Below are positions 9,336 to 18,448 of a DNA stretch of 64,000 bases, one piece after another. Numbering within the stretch: position 1 is the stretch's first letter; every line of letters begins with the position of its first letter. The translations under genes and the position numbers were made by a program. The DNA is from Opitutia bacterium (GTDB lineage: Bacteria; Verrucomicrobiota; Verrucomicrobiia; Opitutales; T3Sed10-336), in NCBI GenBank assembly GCA_003558065.1, contig PWMU01000171.1, positions 277 through 64,276 of the forward strand, in the 5' to 3' direction. The notes below the pieces were generated by a model. That model had not been told where the DNA came from, searched no databases, and was given only the letters and a program-made list of their open reading frames with translations.

Positions 9336-9887
9336 ATGAAGTACGTTTTTATCGGATTGGGAATTCTTTTGTTTTTGCTCCTGGTTTTCAGCGCGGTTCT
9401 CGAGCCGTGGTTTCGGGATTTTCAGCGTCACCGGACTCCGTCCGGCCCGCACGGGGGGGATCTTTACTCGATCACCGTGGAGAATCGCCGGATGGCCATG
9501 GAAATCGCGCGCCCGGAACCGGACAACCACCTGGTGATATTCCTGAGCCCCGCCGAGGAGGATCCCGATTGGAATCCCGCCGACTACCGCCTGTCCTTCG
9601 AGATTCGCGGAATGCCCGAACCCCGGTTTCTCGACTGGAACGAAGAGGGAATGATTCTCGCCTCGGGCGAGGAACTGCTCGAGTACGACCCGTTGGACCC
9701 GCGCCCGCCCCCGTTTCCGAGGATACGGGAGTTTTACGGCCCCTCCGAGGCCTCGTTCCATCCCTCCGGCGAGTTCCGGATGACGATCCGGATTCATCGC
9801 GGCGATGAAGTCGTGTGGGAGGGTGAGCGTTGGAGTTACGCCGACCCGCACGCCGGCCACGGCCACGGCCACGGGCACGCGCATTAG
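9336..9887 (+). CDS. Membrane-anchored hypothetical protein with a C-terminal His-Gly repeat tail
   Basis: This is an internal ATG of ORF 9087..9887. The N-terminal TM helix is MKYVFIGLGILLFLLLVFSAVL, and the C-terminus is DPHAGHGHGHGHAH. An alternative start lies at 9288. Confidence 0.5.
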   Translation: MKYVFIGLGILLFLLLVFSAVLEPWFRDFQRHRTPSGPHGGDLYSITVENRRMAMEIARPEPDNHLVIFLSPAEEDPDWNPADYRLSFEIRGMPEPRFLDWNEEGMILASGEELLEYDPLDPRPPPFPRIREFYGPSEASFHPSGEFRMTIRIHRGDEVVWEGERWSYADPHAGHGHGHGHAH

Positions 9888-9935
9888 TTTCGGTTTGCGG
9901 CCGGCGTCCGCCCCCTTCATGTTGCCGGGTTTATT

Positions 9936-11186
9936 ATGATAAACGAGGTTATCGCCGTCTTTCTGGTTCTGCTGGTGTTCAAGACCGGGGCCGAGCTGTG
10001 GCTCGACCGGCTCAACCGGGCCAACGTCCTCCGCTTCGCGGATTCGCCGCCGGAGGCGGTGAGGGAGGTGATGCCCGACGAGACCTATCGGCGTTCGGTT
10101 GAGTACACGCTCGCCAAGAACCGCTTCAGCCGGGTCGAAACGCTGTGGGGAGCCGCCATTCTGGCGGCGGTGATTCTGAGCGGGGTGCTGCCGTGGTACT
10201 ACGGATTTTTCGGAGAGGGCGGGGATCGCCCGGTCTGGGCGGAGGGACTCTTTTTCGTCAGCACGTTGATCCTCCTGAGCCTGCCGAGCCTGCCGTTCGA
10301 GTGGTGGAGCCAGTTTCGGCTGGAGGAACGGTTCGGTTTCAACAAGACCACCCTGAAACTCTGGATCAGCGACCGGATCAAGGGGCTGGTCATCGGGTTC
10401 GCGATCGGGTATCCGCTGATCTGCCTCCTCCTGGCGCTCGTCGGCTGGGTGGGGGCCTACTGGTGGATCTGGGGATTTGCGATTTTCTTCTGTTTCCAGC
10501 TTCTGATGATGGTGCTCTATCCCATGCTCATCATGCCGCTCTTCAACAAGTTCACCCCGCTTCCCGAAGGGGAACTGAGGAAACGGCTCATGGAGCTGGC
10601 CGACCGGACCGGCTTTCGTGCGAAAACGATTCAGGTGATGGACGGGAGTAAACGCTCCGCCCATTCGAATGCTTTTTTTACCGGATTCGGACGTTTCCGC
10701 CGCATCGTGCTTTTCGACACGCTGATGGAGCAGTTGGGAGAACGGGAACTGGAAGCCGTGCTCGCCCACGAGATCGGGCATTACAAAAAGGGACACATTC
10801 CCCGGATGCTGGGTCTTTCGGCGGTCATGGTTCTTCTTGCTTTCGGGGCGATCGCCTGGCTGGCGGAAAGCGCCTGGTTCTACCAGGCTTTCGGGTTCGA
10901 CCCGGAGACCGCCGGCCTGGCTCCGGCGTTTCTCCTGTTCGCCCTCTTGAGCGGATTGGTGACCTTCTGGCTCTCCCCGCTGTTCAATATCATGTCAAGG
11001 AAGCATGAATACGAAGCCGACGCTTTTGCACGCGATTCGGTGGGGGAGGCCGAACCCCTGCTTCGCGCGCTCAGAAAGCTATCCGAAAAGAATCTCAGCA
11101 ACCTGACGCCGCATCCGCTCTACAGCGCCATTTACTATTCCCATCCCACCCTCGTGGAAAGGGAGGCCGCCCTGCGAAACGCGTGA
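9936..11186 (+). CDS. M48 family zinc metallopeptidase, Ste24 (CAAX prenyl protease 1)-like
   Basis: 416 aa and multi-TM. The HExxH motif is in [12 protein letters not shown], with a downstream EYEADAF third-ligand region typical of Ste24/HtpX. Confidence 0.9.
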   Translation: MINEVIAVFLVLLVFKTGAELWLDRLNRANVLRFADSPPEAVREVMPDETYRRSVEYTLAKNRFSRVETLWGAAILAAVILSGVLPWYYGFFGEGGDRPVWAEGLFFVSTLILLSLPSLPFEWWSQFRLEERFGFNKTTLKLWISDRIKGLVIGFAIGYPLICLLLALVGWVGAYWWIWGFAIFFCFQLLMMVLYPMLIMPLFNKFTPLPEGELRKRLMELADRTGFRAKTIQVMDGSKRSAHSNAFFTGFGRFRRIVLFDTLMEQLGERELEAVLAHEIGHYKKGHIPRMLGLSAVMVLLAFGAIAWLAESAWFYQAFGFDPETAGLAPAFLLFALLSGLVTFWLSPLFNIMSRKHEYEADAFARDSVGEAEPLLRALRKLSEKNLSNLTPHPLYSAIYYSHPTLVEREAALRNA

Positions 11187-11254
11187 CGGAAACGTTTCCG
11201 CGGAACCGTTCATGCGGGCGCAGCTTCCCGCCGCGACCCGCCCGCCGACCGACA

Positions 11255-12190
11255 ATGCCTGAATGTTTGCAACGATTGATCGGAGCGATCTGCCTCCTGG
11301 CACTGGTCGCGGCGCCGGGTTTTGCCGGGGAGGCCGTCCGCGTGGCGACCTACAACGTCGAAAACTACCTGGTCATGGACCGATGGCTCGACGAGCGGGA
11401 CCGGTGGCTGCCGGAGTATCCGAAGCCGGAAACGGAGAAAGCGGCGCTGCGCGGGGTCATCCATTCGGCAGCCCCCGACGTGATCGCGTTGCAGGAGATG
11501 GGGTCGCCCCCGTTTCTGAGGGAATTGCAGCGGGATCTCAAACGGGAAGGGCTCGACTACCCGTATCGCCACGTGCTGGAGGCAGGGGACGAGGTCAGGC
11601 ACGTGGCCGTGCTTTCCAAACTGCCGTTCCGCGAAGTGACGGGGCATACCGATCCCGATTTTCCGTATTTTGACGGACGTGAGACGATCAAGCGGGGGCT
11701 TCTCGAGATCGGATTCGAGACCGCCGGCGAGGAATGGAGTTTGTTCACTCTCCATTTGAAAAGCAAATGGACCGAACGCGACGACGACCCCCGGGCCGAA
11801 CGGAAACGAACCGGAGAGGCCACGGCGGCCCGGAACCGCATCCTGGAACGCCATGACCCCGAGGCGGGTGATCTTTTCGTGATCGCGGGAGACTTCAACG
11901 ACACCCGGGATACCCCGCCCTTGCGGCGGTTTCTGCGGCGCGGCGACGTCCGCATCTCGATCCCGGTCGAGGCAGCGGATTCGCGCGGCCACAAGTGGAC
12001 TCAACACTGGGAGCGGCAGAATCTCTACAGCCGGATCGATTTCATTCTGGCATCACCCGCCATGAAGCGCCGGCTTGCTCCCGATTCGCATGGCGTGTAC
12101 GATGGGGCAGGTTATCGCCTTGCGAGCGACCACCGGCTGGTTTGGGCTGATTTCCAGTTCGGCGGTGAGGAGCGGCAGGGCCCGGAATGA
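11255..12190 (+). CDS. Secreted endonuclease/exonuclease/phosphatase (EEP) family protein
   Basis: Internal ATG with a signal peptide (MPECLQRLIGAICLLALVAAPGFAGEA). EEP hallmarks are VATYNVENY, IALQEM, GDFND and SDHRLVWADF. Confidence 0.8.
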   Translation: MPECLQRLIGAICLLALVAAPGFAGEAVRVATYNVENYLVMDRWLDERDRWLPEYPKPETEKAALRGVIHSAAPDVIALQEMGSPPFLRELQRDLKREGLDYPYRHVLEAGDEVRHVAVLSKLPFREVTGHTDPDFPYFDGRETIKRGLLEIGFETAGEEWSLFTLHLKSKWTERDDDPRAERKRTGEATAARNRILERHDPEAGDLFVIAGDFNDTRDTPPLRRFLRRGDVRISIPVEAADSRGHKWTQHWERQNLYSRIDFILASPAMKRRLAPDSHGVYDGAGYRLASDHRLVWADFQFGGEERQGPE

Positions 12191-13395
12191 TGAGGAGCGA
12201 ATCCGCAACCACGGTAACACCGGAAAAATCCCGCCGTGTGGCGCCGCTGGGACTCTACCTGCACGTCCCGTTTTGCGCCACAACCTGCGATTTTTGCGCG
12301 TTTTACCAGAAAACCCCCGAGAAGGGGGATTTCCGGCGCTATGTCGACGGCGTCCGCCGGGAACTGGAGTTGGCCACCTGGGACCGTCCGGTCACCACCG
12401 TTTTCTGGGGCGGCGGCACGCCGGGACTGCTGCCTCCGGAGTTCATTCAGGAACTGGGCGGCCTCCTCCGGGAGAAAACCGGCTGCACGCCGGAGGAATG
12501 GAGCGTGGAGCTGACCCCGGAAGCGGTCCGCGACGGGCGTCTCGAGGCGCTGAGGCGGATCGGCGTCAACCGGATCTCCCTCGGCGTCCAGTCCTTTCAG
12601 CCGCGTCTGCTCGAGGTCATCGGCCGGAAGTCATCGCGGAAAGCGATCCTGGCCGCCTATGCGAAACTCCGCGAGCACGGCTTCGACAACGTCAATCTGG
12701 ATCTGATGTTCGCCTTTCCCGGGCAGACTCCGGAAGAATGGGAGAGCGATCTCCGCGAGGCCGCGGCGCTCGCGCCGGAACACCTGTCGACTTATTGCCT
12801 GACATTCGAGGAGGATACCGCGCTCTGGGTGAAACTGTCCCGCGGAGAGGTGGCTCTCGACGAGGAAAAGGAGGCGGTTTATTTTGAAATCGCCGAATCG
12901 GTTCTCGAGGAAGCGGGACTGTATAAGTATGAAACATCCAATTACGCCCGGCCGGGAAGGGAATGTCGCCACAATCTGAATACCTGGAGGATGTTCGAGT
13001 GGGATGGGATCGGACCGGCGGCGGCCTCCCAGCGCGGGGGATGGCGCTACGCCAATCCGGCGGCTCTCGACGAGTGGCTGGAGGACCTTGAGAACGGCCG
13101 CCGGGGCACGGCGGATCGCGTGCGGATCACGCCGGATATGCTCGCCGCCGACAGTCTGGTCTTCGGCCTTCGGCTGCGGAACGGGGTCGATCTCGCCGGC
13201 CTTGAGGAGCGATTCCCGGGAACGCTTAATCCGGCGCTGCGGGCGTTCCTTGATCGCCTTCAGACCGAGGGGCTCGCCGCCATGACCGGCTCCTCCGTCC
13301 TCTCCCTCTCCCCCAGGGGCCGCCTGCTTGCCGACCGGATCGGGGCCGGAATCCTCGAGCTCCGCGAGAGCGGAACGACGCCTCCCGCGCCATAA
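12187..13395 (+). CDS. hemW: Radical SAM heme chaperone HemW (HemN-like, oxygen-independent coproporphyrinogen oxidase family)
   Basis: The CxxxCxxC cluster is in PFCATTCDFCAF, with a GGGTP motif and a HemN_C-like C-terminus. Its ATG overlaps the stop of the EEP gene (ATGA). Confidence 0.85.
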   Translation: MMRSESATTVTPEKSRRVAPLGLYLHVPFCATTCDFCAFYQKTPEKGDFRRYVDGVRRELELATWDRPVTTVFWGGGTPGLLPPEFIQELGGLLREKTGCTPEEWSVELTPEAVRDGRLEALRRIGVNRISLGVQSFQPRLLEVIGRKSSRKAILAAYAKLREHGFDNVNLDLMFAFPGQTPEEWESDLREAAALAPEHLSTYCLTFEEDTALWVKLSRGEVALDEEKEAVYFEIAESVLEEAGLYKYETSNYARPGRECRHNLNTWRMFEWDGIGPAAASQRGGWRYANPAALDEWLEDLENGRRGTADRVRITPDMLAADSLVFGLRLRNGVDLAGLEERFPGTLNPALRAFLDRLQTEGLAAMTGSSVLSLSPRGRLLADRIGAGILELRESGTTPPAP

Positions 13396-13881
13396 CCTCT
13401 GCGTGGGTTCCGTCCCGGGCCACCCGAATTTCCGCTCTTGCGTTTGAGGGATTCCGTGGCACAGTATGCCGTATTCGACTTTAACGACTCAGACGAGTCA
13501 CCAAACGTGATAACCATCAACAAAGGAGGCCTATGCACCAAACATCACTTTCAGACAAATCCGACAAACTTAACGCAGCTCTGGGCGCCGTTGGCAGCGC
13601 AAGACCTGCCTGAGTCGATCGAGATCCGCCGAGCCTCACCGAGAGGAAGGCGGTTGGATGCGGCCCGTGTTGGTGACTTTAATTGAACGGGGCCGGTCCA
13701 GGGAGTTTCCTGTCCGCCGCCCTTCCCGGTTGCGGGAAGGTGACCGGACGGAATCCGAAACTCCGTTTTGAGAGGCGAGGGCGAGGTTTGCCCGCCCAAC
13801 ACTTGCAGCTTCACAAGGCCGAACTGCCGCTATTTTCATGAAGCCGTTGAGGCCGTCGCCGACGGCCCTCAATTACGAAAA

Positions 13882-13912
13882 GCCCGGGACCCCGTGTCCC
13901 GGGCTTTTTTTT
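13882..13912 (+). terminator. Rho-independent terminator
   Basis: The 9-bp GC stem is GCCCGGGAC-cccgt-GTCCCGGGC, followed by T8 (13905-13912). A second hairpin precedes it at 13847-13872 (TTGAGGCCGTC-gcc-GACGGCCcTCAA). Confidence 0.75.
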
Positions 13913-14174
13913 GCGGCCGCAAGAACCCTGCCGTCGGGTTTCCTCGGGAGGTGCCTTCCGCACGATCGTGCGAGCAGTTTTCGCCGGTTGTGCCACCCCC
14001 CCGGAGACGGCCGGAGCTTCGGGGACCCATCCGGCCCGCCGATTCGAACGTCGAAGGATAATGCCACGTCTTTCCGGGTTGTTCCAACACCGCCTTCCGG
14101 ACGGTACCCCGGCACTTGACGGGTCCCGGGAAGTCGTTAGGAATGACGTTCGGTGCCGGGATCGGTACCGGGCC

Positions 14175-14972
14175 ATGCCTTTTCTTCGTTATTTGAACCT
14201 TTCGCCGTCCGCGGACGAGAGAACGGGGTATCCGTTTTCGGTTCCGGCGCTGCGGAACCTTGCGTGCCTGGAACTGGATTCTCCGGTGACGTTCTTTGTG
14301 GGCGAAAACGGTTCGGGAAAGTCGACGCTCCTCGAAGCGATTGCCCTGAAAGCGAAACTGCCTTCCGCAACGGGGACGCCCCTGGAGCTGGACGAAACCA
14401 TCGAAGCGGTGAAGCCGCTGGCCGGTGCCATGACCCTGGCTTGGCGCCTGCGAACCCGATTCGGGTTTTATCTGCGAGCCGAAGACTTTTTCAATTTCGC
14501 CCGGCAACTCAAGGAGCGCGCCAAGGGACTCGACCGGTTGGTCGAACAACATGCGGACGATCCCAGGGTTGCCGGCTATATGGCGGCCCAGCGCCACGCG
14601 CTCGATTCCCGGTACGGTGAAGACCTGCACCAGCTTTCCCACGGGGAGAGCTTTCTCAAGTTTTTCCAGTCGCGCATGAGCGATTCCGGGCTTTACCTGA
14701 TCGATGAACCGGAAGCGGCCCTGTCCCCCCAGCGGCAGCTTTCGTTTCTTTACCTCCTGAAGGGGGTCGTGGATTGCAACGCCCAGTTCATTATCGCAAC
14801 CCACTCGCCGATTCTTCTCGCCTTTCCCGGCGCCCGGATTCTTACCTTCGACGAAGACGGCGTCCGGCCGGTCGAATTCGAAGCCTTGGAGCACGTCACG
14901 ATTACCCGGAATTTTCTGGCCGACCCCGCCCGGTTCTTCCGGCACTTCGATGACGCTCGAAACGACGATTGA
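14175..14972 (+). CDS. AAA/ABC-like P-loop ATPase (AAA_21/RecF-like small ATPase)
   Basis: Internal ATG of ORF 13911..14972. Walker A is GENGSGKST, the signature-like segment is LSHGES, Walker B is LYLIDEPEAALS, and the H-loop is ATHSP. Confidence 0.8.
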   Translation: MPFLRYLNLSPSADERTGYPFSVPALRNLACLELDSPVTFFVGENGSGKSTLLEAIALKAKLPSATGTPLELDETIEAVKPLAGAMTLAWRLRTRFGFYLRAEDFFNFARQLKERAKGLDRLVEQHADDPRVAGYMAAQRHALDSRYGEDLHQLSHGESFLKFFQSRMSDSGLYLIDEPEAALSPQRQLSFLYLLKGVVDCNAQFIIATHSPILLAFPGARILTFDEDGVRPVEFEALEHVTITRNFLADPARFFRHFDDARNDD

Positions 14973-15140
14973 GCCTGGTGTCGCCCTGTTGACCCGAATG
15001 GGGCTCGGTTACTGACAGTGACAACCTCTTCCGGCTTTTATCCTTCCCGTCGCCAGGTTTTCGGAAAACCAAAAGGGGGTCCGCGCTTCGCAGCATCGGC
15101 GCTTCGCCGATGACAAGCCGCATGACCCCGTATCCGGTCC

Positions 15141-18100
15141 TTACCTTGGAGGAACGTAGCGGGGACTGATTTCGTGGGCGACGGGCCAGGAGGCGCGATA
15201 CTCATCCTTGTAAAGTCCGATCTCCTCAAACGGGATCGGACGAAAGCCGAGGCGACGGTAAACGGGCGAGTCGAATGGGAGTGAAAAATCCCGCGCCTCC
15301 GGATCCGTAAAGCCGGGATCGTCTTCGAAAATATGATTGTCCAGCAGGAAGTTGCGGCCGGGCTCGCGAAGCGTGAACCGGCCGCAGTCAACCGCAACGC
15401 TCCGCAAGACAAAGTTACGGTCCGCGTCCTCGGTTATTCGCTCAAGGTCCGGATAACGCTCGCTGAAGGGCGGTCGATCGACATCAATCCCCAGATCGGC
15501 AGCGGTTCGGCGAACGGACTCCCGGGTCACACGCTGCCGCCAAAGCTCCGGTCCCCAGGGCGAGAAGCTGACCGCGTACCGGCAGTCAACGAACATATTG
15601 TTGTCGATAATGTTGTCCTTGCCGCCGTGAATCTGGATGGCCCCGAAACGGGGGCCGGAGGCGCGATAAAAGACGTTGCCGTACATCAGAGTCCCGCTGA
15701 TGTAGTCGTCCAGCCGAATGCCCGCCTGTCCGGCGTGCGTTCGCCCGCTGCCGATGTGGTGCCAGAAATTGTAGCGGATGATGTTGCCGCGGTAGTAAGG
15801 ATGATTGCTCCACATATCGAGACCCGACTGATCGTCGGACTCGTAAACCACGCTGTGTACCTCGTTGAGCTCCACGATGTGCTCGAACCCGTGAACGCGT
15901 ATCCCGTGGTGCGGGGAGTCGTGAAACAGGTTGTGACGGACGTGGTTGCCCACCCCGTCAACGTGAACCGCCGGCGCATACGCCCGGTCGACGCGGGTGA
16001 AATCGCGGACGTGCGTATTGGCGACAAAGTGCTCGCCCGGGGTGAGCGTCGGAACGTCGCCGCCTGCGATCCGCACGCCGCCTGCCCCTAAAGTGTGGAG
16101 ATCGCAGCCGAGCACCCCGTGTCGAGAACCGTCCTCGATAACGATCGCGTTGGCCCCGAGGCGCCGGAGGGTGCAGCCCGCCAGCAACACATCGCCGCCT
16201 CCCTCGATTTCAATCCCGTTCGCCCGGCCGCACTCGAAAACCAGGCCCCGCAGCTTCACGTGGCGGACCTCCCGCATGCGGACAAACGGTTCCGATAAAA
16301 GCGACAACTCGACCGTCGCCCCTGCGAGATCCCCCGGCGGATACAGGTAGAGCACCCCGGTCGAGCGATCCAGAAACCACTCGCCGGGCCTCTCCAATTC
16401 CTCAAGAAGATTAAAAACGTAGAAGGGCATTCCCTGCCGGATGCCATAGCCTGGACCGTCCCTGGTCACGATGCGGCCCCGTTGAGCGTCAACATCGCCG
16501 ACGGCCAGTGTCAGGCCCGCCCACAGGTGTCCCCAGTAGCCGAACATCCAGGGATCGTCGGCCTGCGTCCATCGCCGGAGACGCTCGCCGGGAAACTCAA
16601 ACTCGCCGGGCTGCCCGGCCTCCTCGGTGCGGAAAGCGCCGCGATGGACGGCGCCGGTATTGACGAACCCCTCGTTCGGCCAGCGGGCCGGTTCCATAGG
16701 CTCGCCGTCCACGAAAAGCTCCACCCAGGGGTGCGCGTTGGCCATGTCGGTGCCCGGACCGCCCCGCAGACCGAGGCTGCCGAAGTTCTCGATTCCCAGC
16801 TCCGCCAGATCGAGTTCGAGGACGCGCCCGCGAGCCGCGCCTGGAAGTCGCGCCAGAACCCGTTCGTCCCGGACCGGACGGAACCCCCTCAGCTCGATCC
16901 CCCCGTGGAACCGGGGCGTCTCGCCGGGAAACGCACGATAGACCACGGGAGTGTCCTTCGTTCCGGAGTCCTCCCGCTCAAGCTCGAACGTCCGGTCCGC
17001 ACGATACACCCCGCCGCGCACGAAGACGGTCACGCCCCCTTCAGGCATTCCCTCTTCTGCACGGAGCTCCCGTATGGCGTCGCGTGCGCGTGTCAGGGTC
17101 GCAAACGGAGCGTCTCGCTCGCCGGAGGCGGCATCGTCGCCGTCAGGCGCCACATGAAAAACCTTGCCGGGTGCCGGGAAATCCCGGACCTCCGTGCGGG
17201 CAGCGACCGGATCGCGCGCCGGCAGGCCCGCGGCAAGCCGCTCCATCTCCAGGCTCCTTTCCCCGGCCTCACGCCGATGGTGCGGAAGAATGCCGTCCGC
17301 TCCCGCGACTCGTGTAAAAGCGGCCGACGCAGCAGGATAATCCTGTTTCACAAAGTAGGTGTGAGCGGCCGCCAACAAGGCGGTGCCCCGCACCTCACGA
17401 GGCGTCCCGGCAGCGGCAGCCAATCGCAAATATCCTTGCCGCGCACCGTCGAAATCGTCGCCGGCCAGACGGGCGTGAGCCTCTCGCAGTCCGCTCCGAT
17501 AATCGACCGGAATGCCGCGCTCGGCGATCCACGCGTCCAACCCGCGGGGTGCCACACGGATGCTCAGAGGCCCGTACAGACCGACTCCGCGGCCGTCGCC
17601 CTGCCGGATGAAGCTCACGGCGCCGCCATAGGTCCCGGGAATCGTTCGTGTCGCAACCGGCGTGCCCGCAAACACAATGCCGACGCTGTCGTCGGCACCG
17701 ACGATGACCTCCAAATCGTAAAGAGCTCCGTCTTGTGCCGGGGACGGAGAGAGGGTTTGGCTTGGGCCCGCTTGCGACCCGAAGCCAATGACATGATGGT
17801 CGTGATCGTGACCGGAAATGTCGAACACGCGAAACTGACCCGGGGAAAGGCCGAAACGAACGCCGATGTACGCGTTGCCCACGATTACCCCGCTGGTCCA
17901 ATTGCCGCCGTAGCCCGACGGAAGGCCGGCATCCAGCGCTCCAAGCTGAGTTCTGATAACTACCGCTTCGCCGGTGTCCGGCCAGGCTCCCGGATGGGTG
18001 AGACGCTCCTCGCTCCAGGTGCCGGCCGGCGATTGCCCCTCGGTCCAGGGCCGGAGGACCGCGCGGTTCCCACCGAGCGTGACCTCCGACGAAAGACCGT

Positions 18101-18341
18101 CACTCGATCCACCATCACGCGATGCGTGCAGAGCAAACGTCCAGCCGCCATAGTTCGCCGGCCGGACCGCGTGGGCGGAAGCGCCTTCCTCGTTGTGCGG
18201 ATAATCGGCAATCACCGCCGTCTCATCGACGGACCAGTTCTCGTCCAAGAGGCGGCTGTTGGCGTCCGTCGGTACCCACGGAACGCCGAAAATCGGAATC
18301 AACAGAGCAACAAACGCATGTGTTCGCAGAGAGCGTTTCAT
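15141..18341 (-). CDS. Large secreted protein with a jelly-roll-like N-domain, a TPR-like linker and a right-handed parallel beta-helix domain (putative glycan-active enzyme)
   Basis: Start chosen at the signal peptide MKRSLRTHAFVALLIPIFGVPW. Beta-helix coils include NGIEIEGGGDVLLAGCTLRRLGANAIVIEDGSRHGVLGCDLHTLGAGGVRIAGG. The 23 codons upstream (to 18410) lie inside a repeated non-coding leader. Confidence 0.8.
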   Translation of the reverse strand: MKRSLRTHAFVALLIPIFGVPWVPTDANSRLLDENWSVDETAVIADYPHNEEGASAHAVRPANYGGWTFALHASRDGGSSDGLSSEVTLGGNRAVLRPWTEGQSPAGTWSEERLTHPGAWPDTGEAVVIRTQLGALDAGLPSGYGGNWTSGVIVGNAYIGVRFGLSPGQFRVFDISGHDHDHHVIGFGSQAGPSQTLSPSPAQDGALYDLEVIVGADDSVGIVFAGTPVATRTIPGTYGGAVSFIRQGDGRGVGLYGPLSIRVAPRGLDAWIAERGIPVDYRSGLREAHARLAGDDFDGARQGYLRLAAAAGTPREVRGTALLAAAHTYFVKQDYPAASAAFTRVAGADGILPHHRREAGERSLEMERLAAGLPARDPVAARTEVRDFPAPGKVFHVAPDGDDAASGERDAPFATLTRARDAIRELRAEEGMPEGGVTVFVRGGVYRADRTFELEREDSGTKDTPVVYRAFPGETPRFHGGIELRGFRPVRDERVLARLPGAARGRVLELDLAELGIENFGSLGLRGGPGTDMANAHPWVELFVDGEPMEPARWPNEGFVNTGAVHRGAFRTEEAGQPGEFEFPGERLRRWTQADDPWMFGYWGHLWAGLTLAVGDVDAQRGRIVTRDGPGYGIRQGMPFYVFNLLEELERPGEWFLDRSTGVLYLYPPGDLAGATVELSLLSEPFVRMREVRHVKLRGLVFECGRANGIEIEGGGDVLLAGCTLRRLGANAIVIEDGSRHGVLGCDLHTLGAGGVRIAGGDVPTLTPGEHFVANTHVRDFTRVDRAYAPAVHVDGVGNHVRHNLFHDSPHHGIRVHGFEHIVELNEVHSVVYESDDQSGLDMWSNHPYYRGNIIRYNFWHHIGSGRTHAGQAGIRLDDYISGTLMYGNVFYRASGPRFGAIQIHGGKDNIIDNNMFVDCRYAVSFSPWGPELWRQRVTRESVRRTAADLGIDVDRPPFSERYPDLERITEDADRNFVLRSVAVDCGRFTLREPGRNFLLDNHIFEDDPGFTDPEARDFSLPFDSPVYRRLGFRPIPFEEIGLYKDEYRASWPVAHEISPRYVPPR

Positions 18342-18391
18342 CGACAGCCTTTCCGTCCCGTGAACCATGCTTTCAGAGGAGGGGGCAAACG

Positions 18392-18436
18392 GGCCCTGGA
18401 ATTTTAACATACCTGTATTTTACACACGTTACTCCT
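18392..18436 (+). repeat. Copy A of a roughly 45-bp leader sequence preceding the transposase remnants
   Basis: GGCCCTGGAaTTTTAACAT...CACaCGTT-ACTCCT compares with GGCCCTGGAgTTTTAACAT...CACgCGTTggACTCCT at 19815..19860. The first 19 bases match at 18 of 19 positions. Confidence 0.7.
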
Positions 18437-18448
18437 CACTCGTGTCGG

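Noticed and set aside
9150-10796. Long (more than 150 aa) ORFs antisense to recognised genes, for example 9150..10796(-), 16482..18407(+), 26487..28097(-), 36008..37624(-), 40962..42287(+), 42935..44077(+), 47708..49297(-), 50226..51467(-), 51967..53427(-) and 5358..6503(-)
   Set aside because: These are typical high-GC shadow ORFs. They are Arg/Pro/Gly-rich and low in complexity, they carry no motifs, and each one fully overlaps a gene with strong family signatures on the other strand.
13457-13470. Sigma54-like TGGCAC...TGC motif upstream of the small ORF
   Set aside because: The distance from the GG to the GC is 10 nt instead of the strictly conserved 12 nt, so it does not fit the -24/-12 geometry.
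13396-13912. tmRNA, RNase P RNA or SRP RNA as the identity of the structured gene-free segment
   Set aside because: I see no tRNA-like acceptor or T-arm (GGTTCGAATCC...CCA) before the terminator, and no tag frame ending in a hydrophobic ALAA-type peptide. The RNase P GAGGAAAGTCC block and the SRP GGAAGCAGCC block are also absent. The segment remains unassigned.
14030-14105. tRNA-like T-loop (GTTCGAATC on the minus strand at about 14040-14052)
   Set aside because: The reverse-strand sequence cannot be folded into a cloverleaf. The acceptor stems do not pair, the T-stem has a mismatch, and there is no anticodon arm.
18342-18410. The 23-codon N-terminal extension of the beta-helix protein (MLKFQGPFAPSSESMVHGTERLS)
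   Set aside because: The signal peptide begins at M24. The extension also coincides with a repeated non-coding leader, which gives the same MLK(F/L)QG on the minus strand at 19815-19833.
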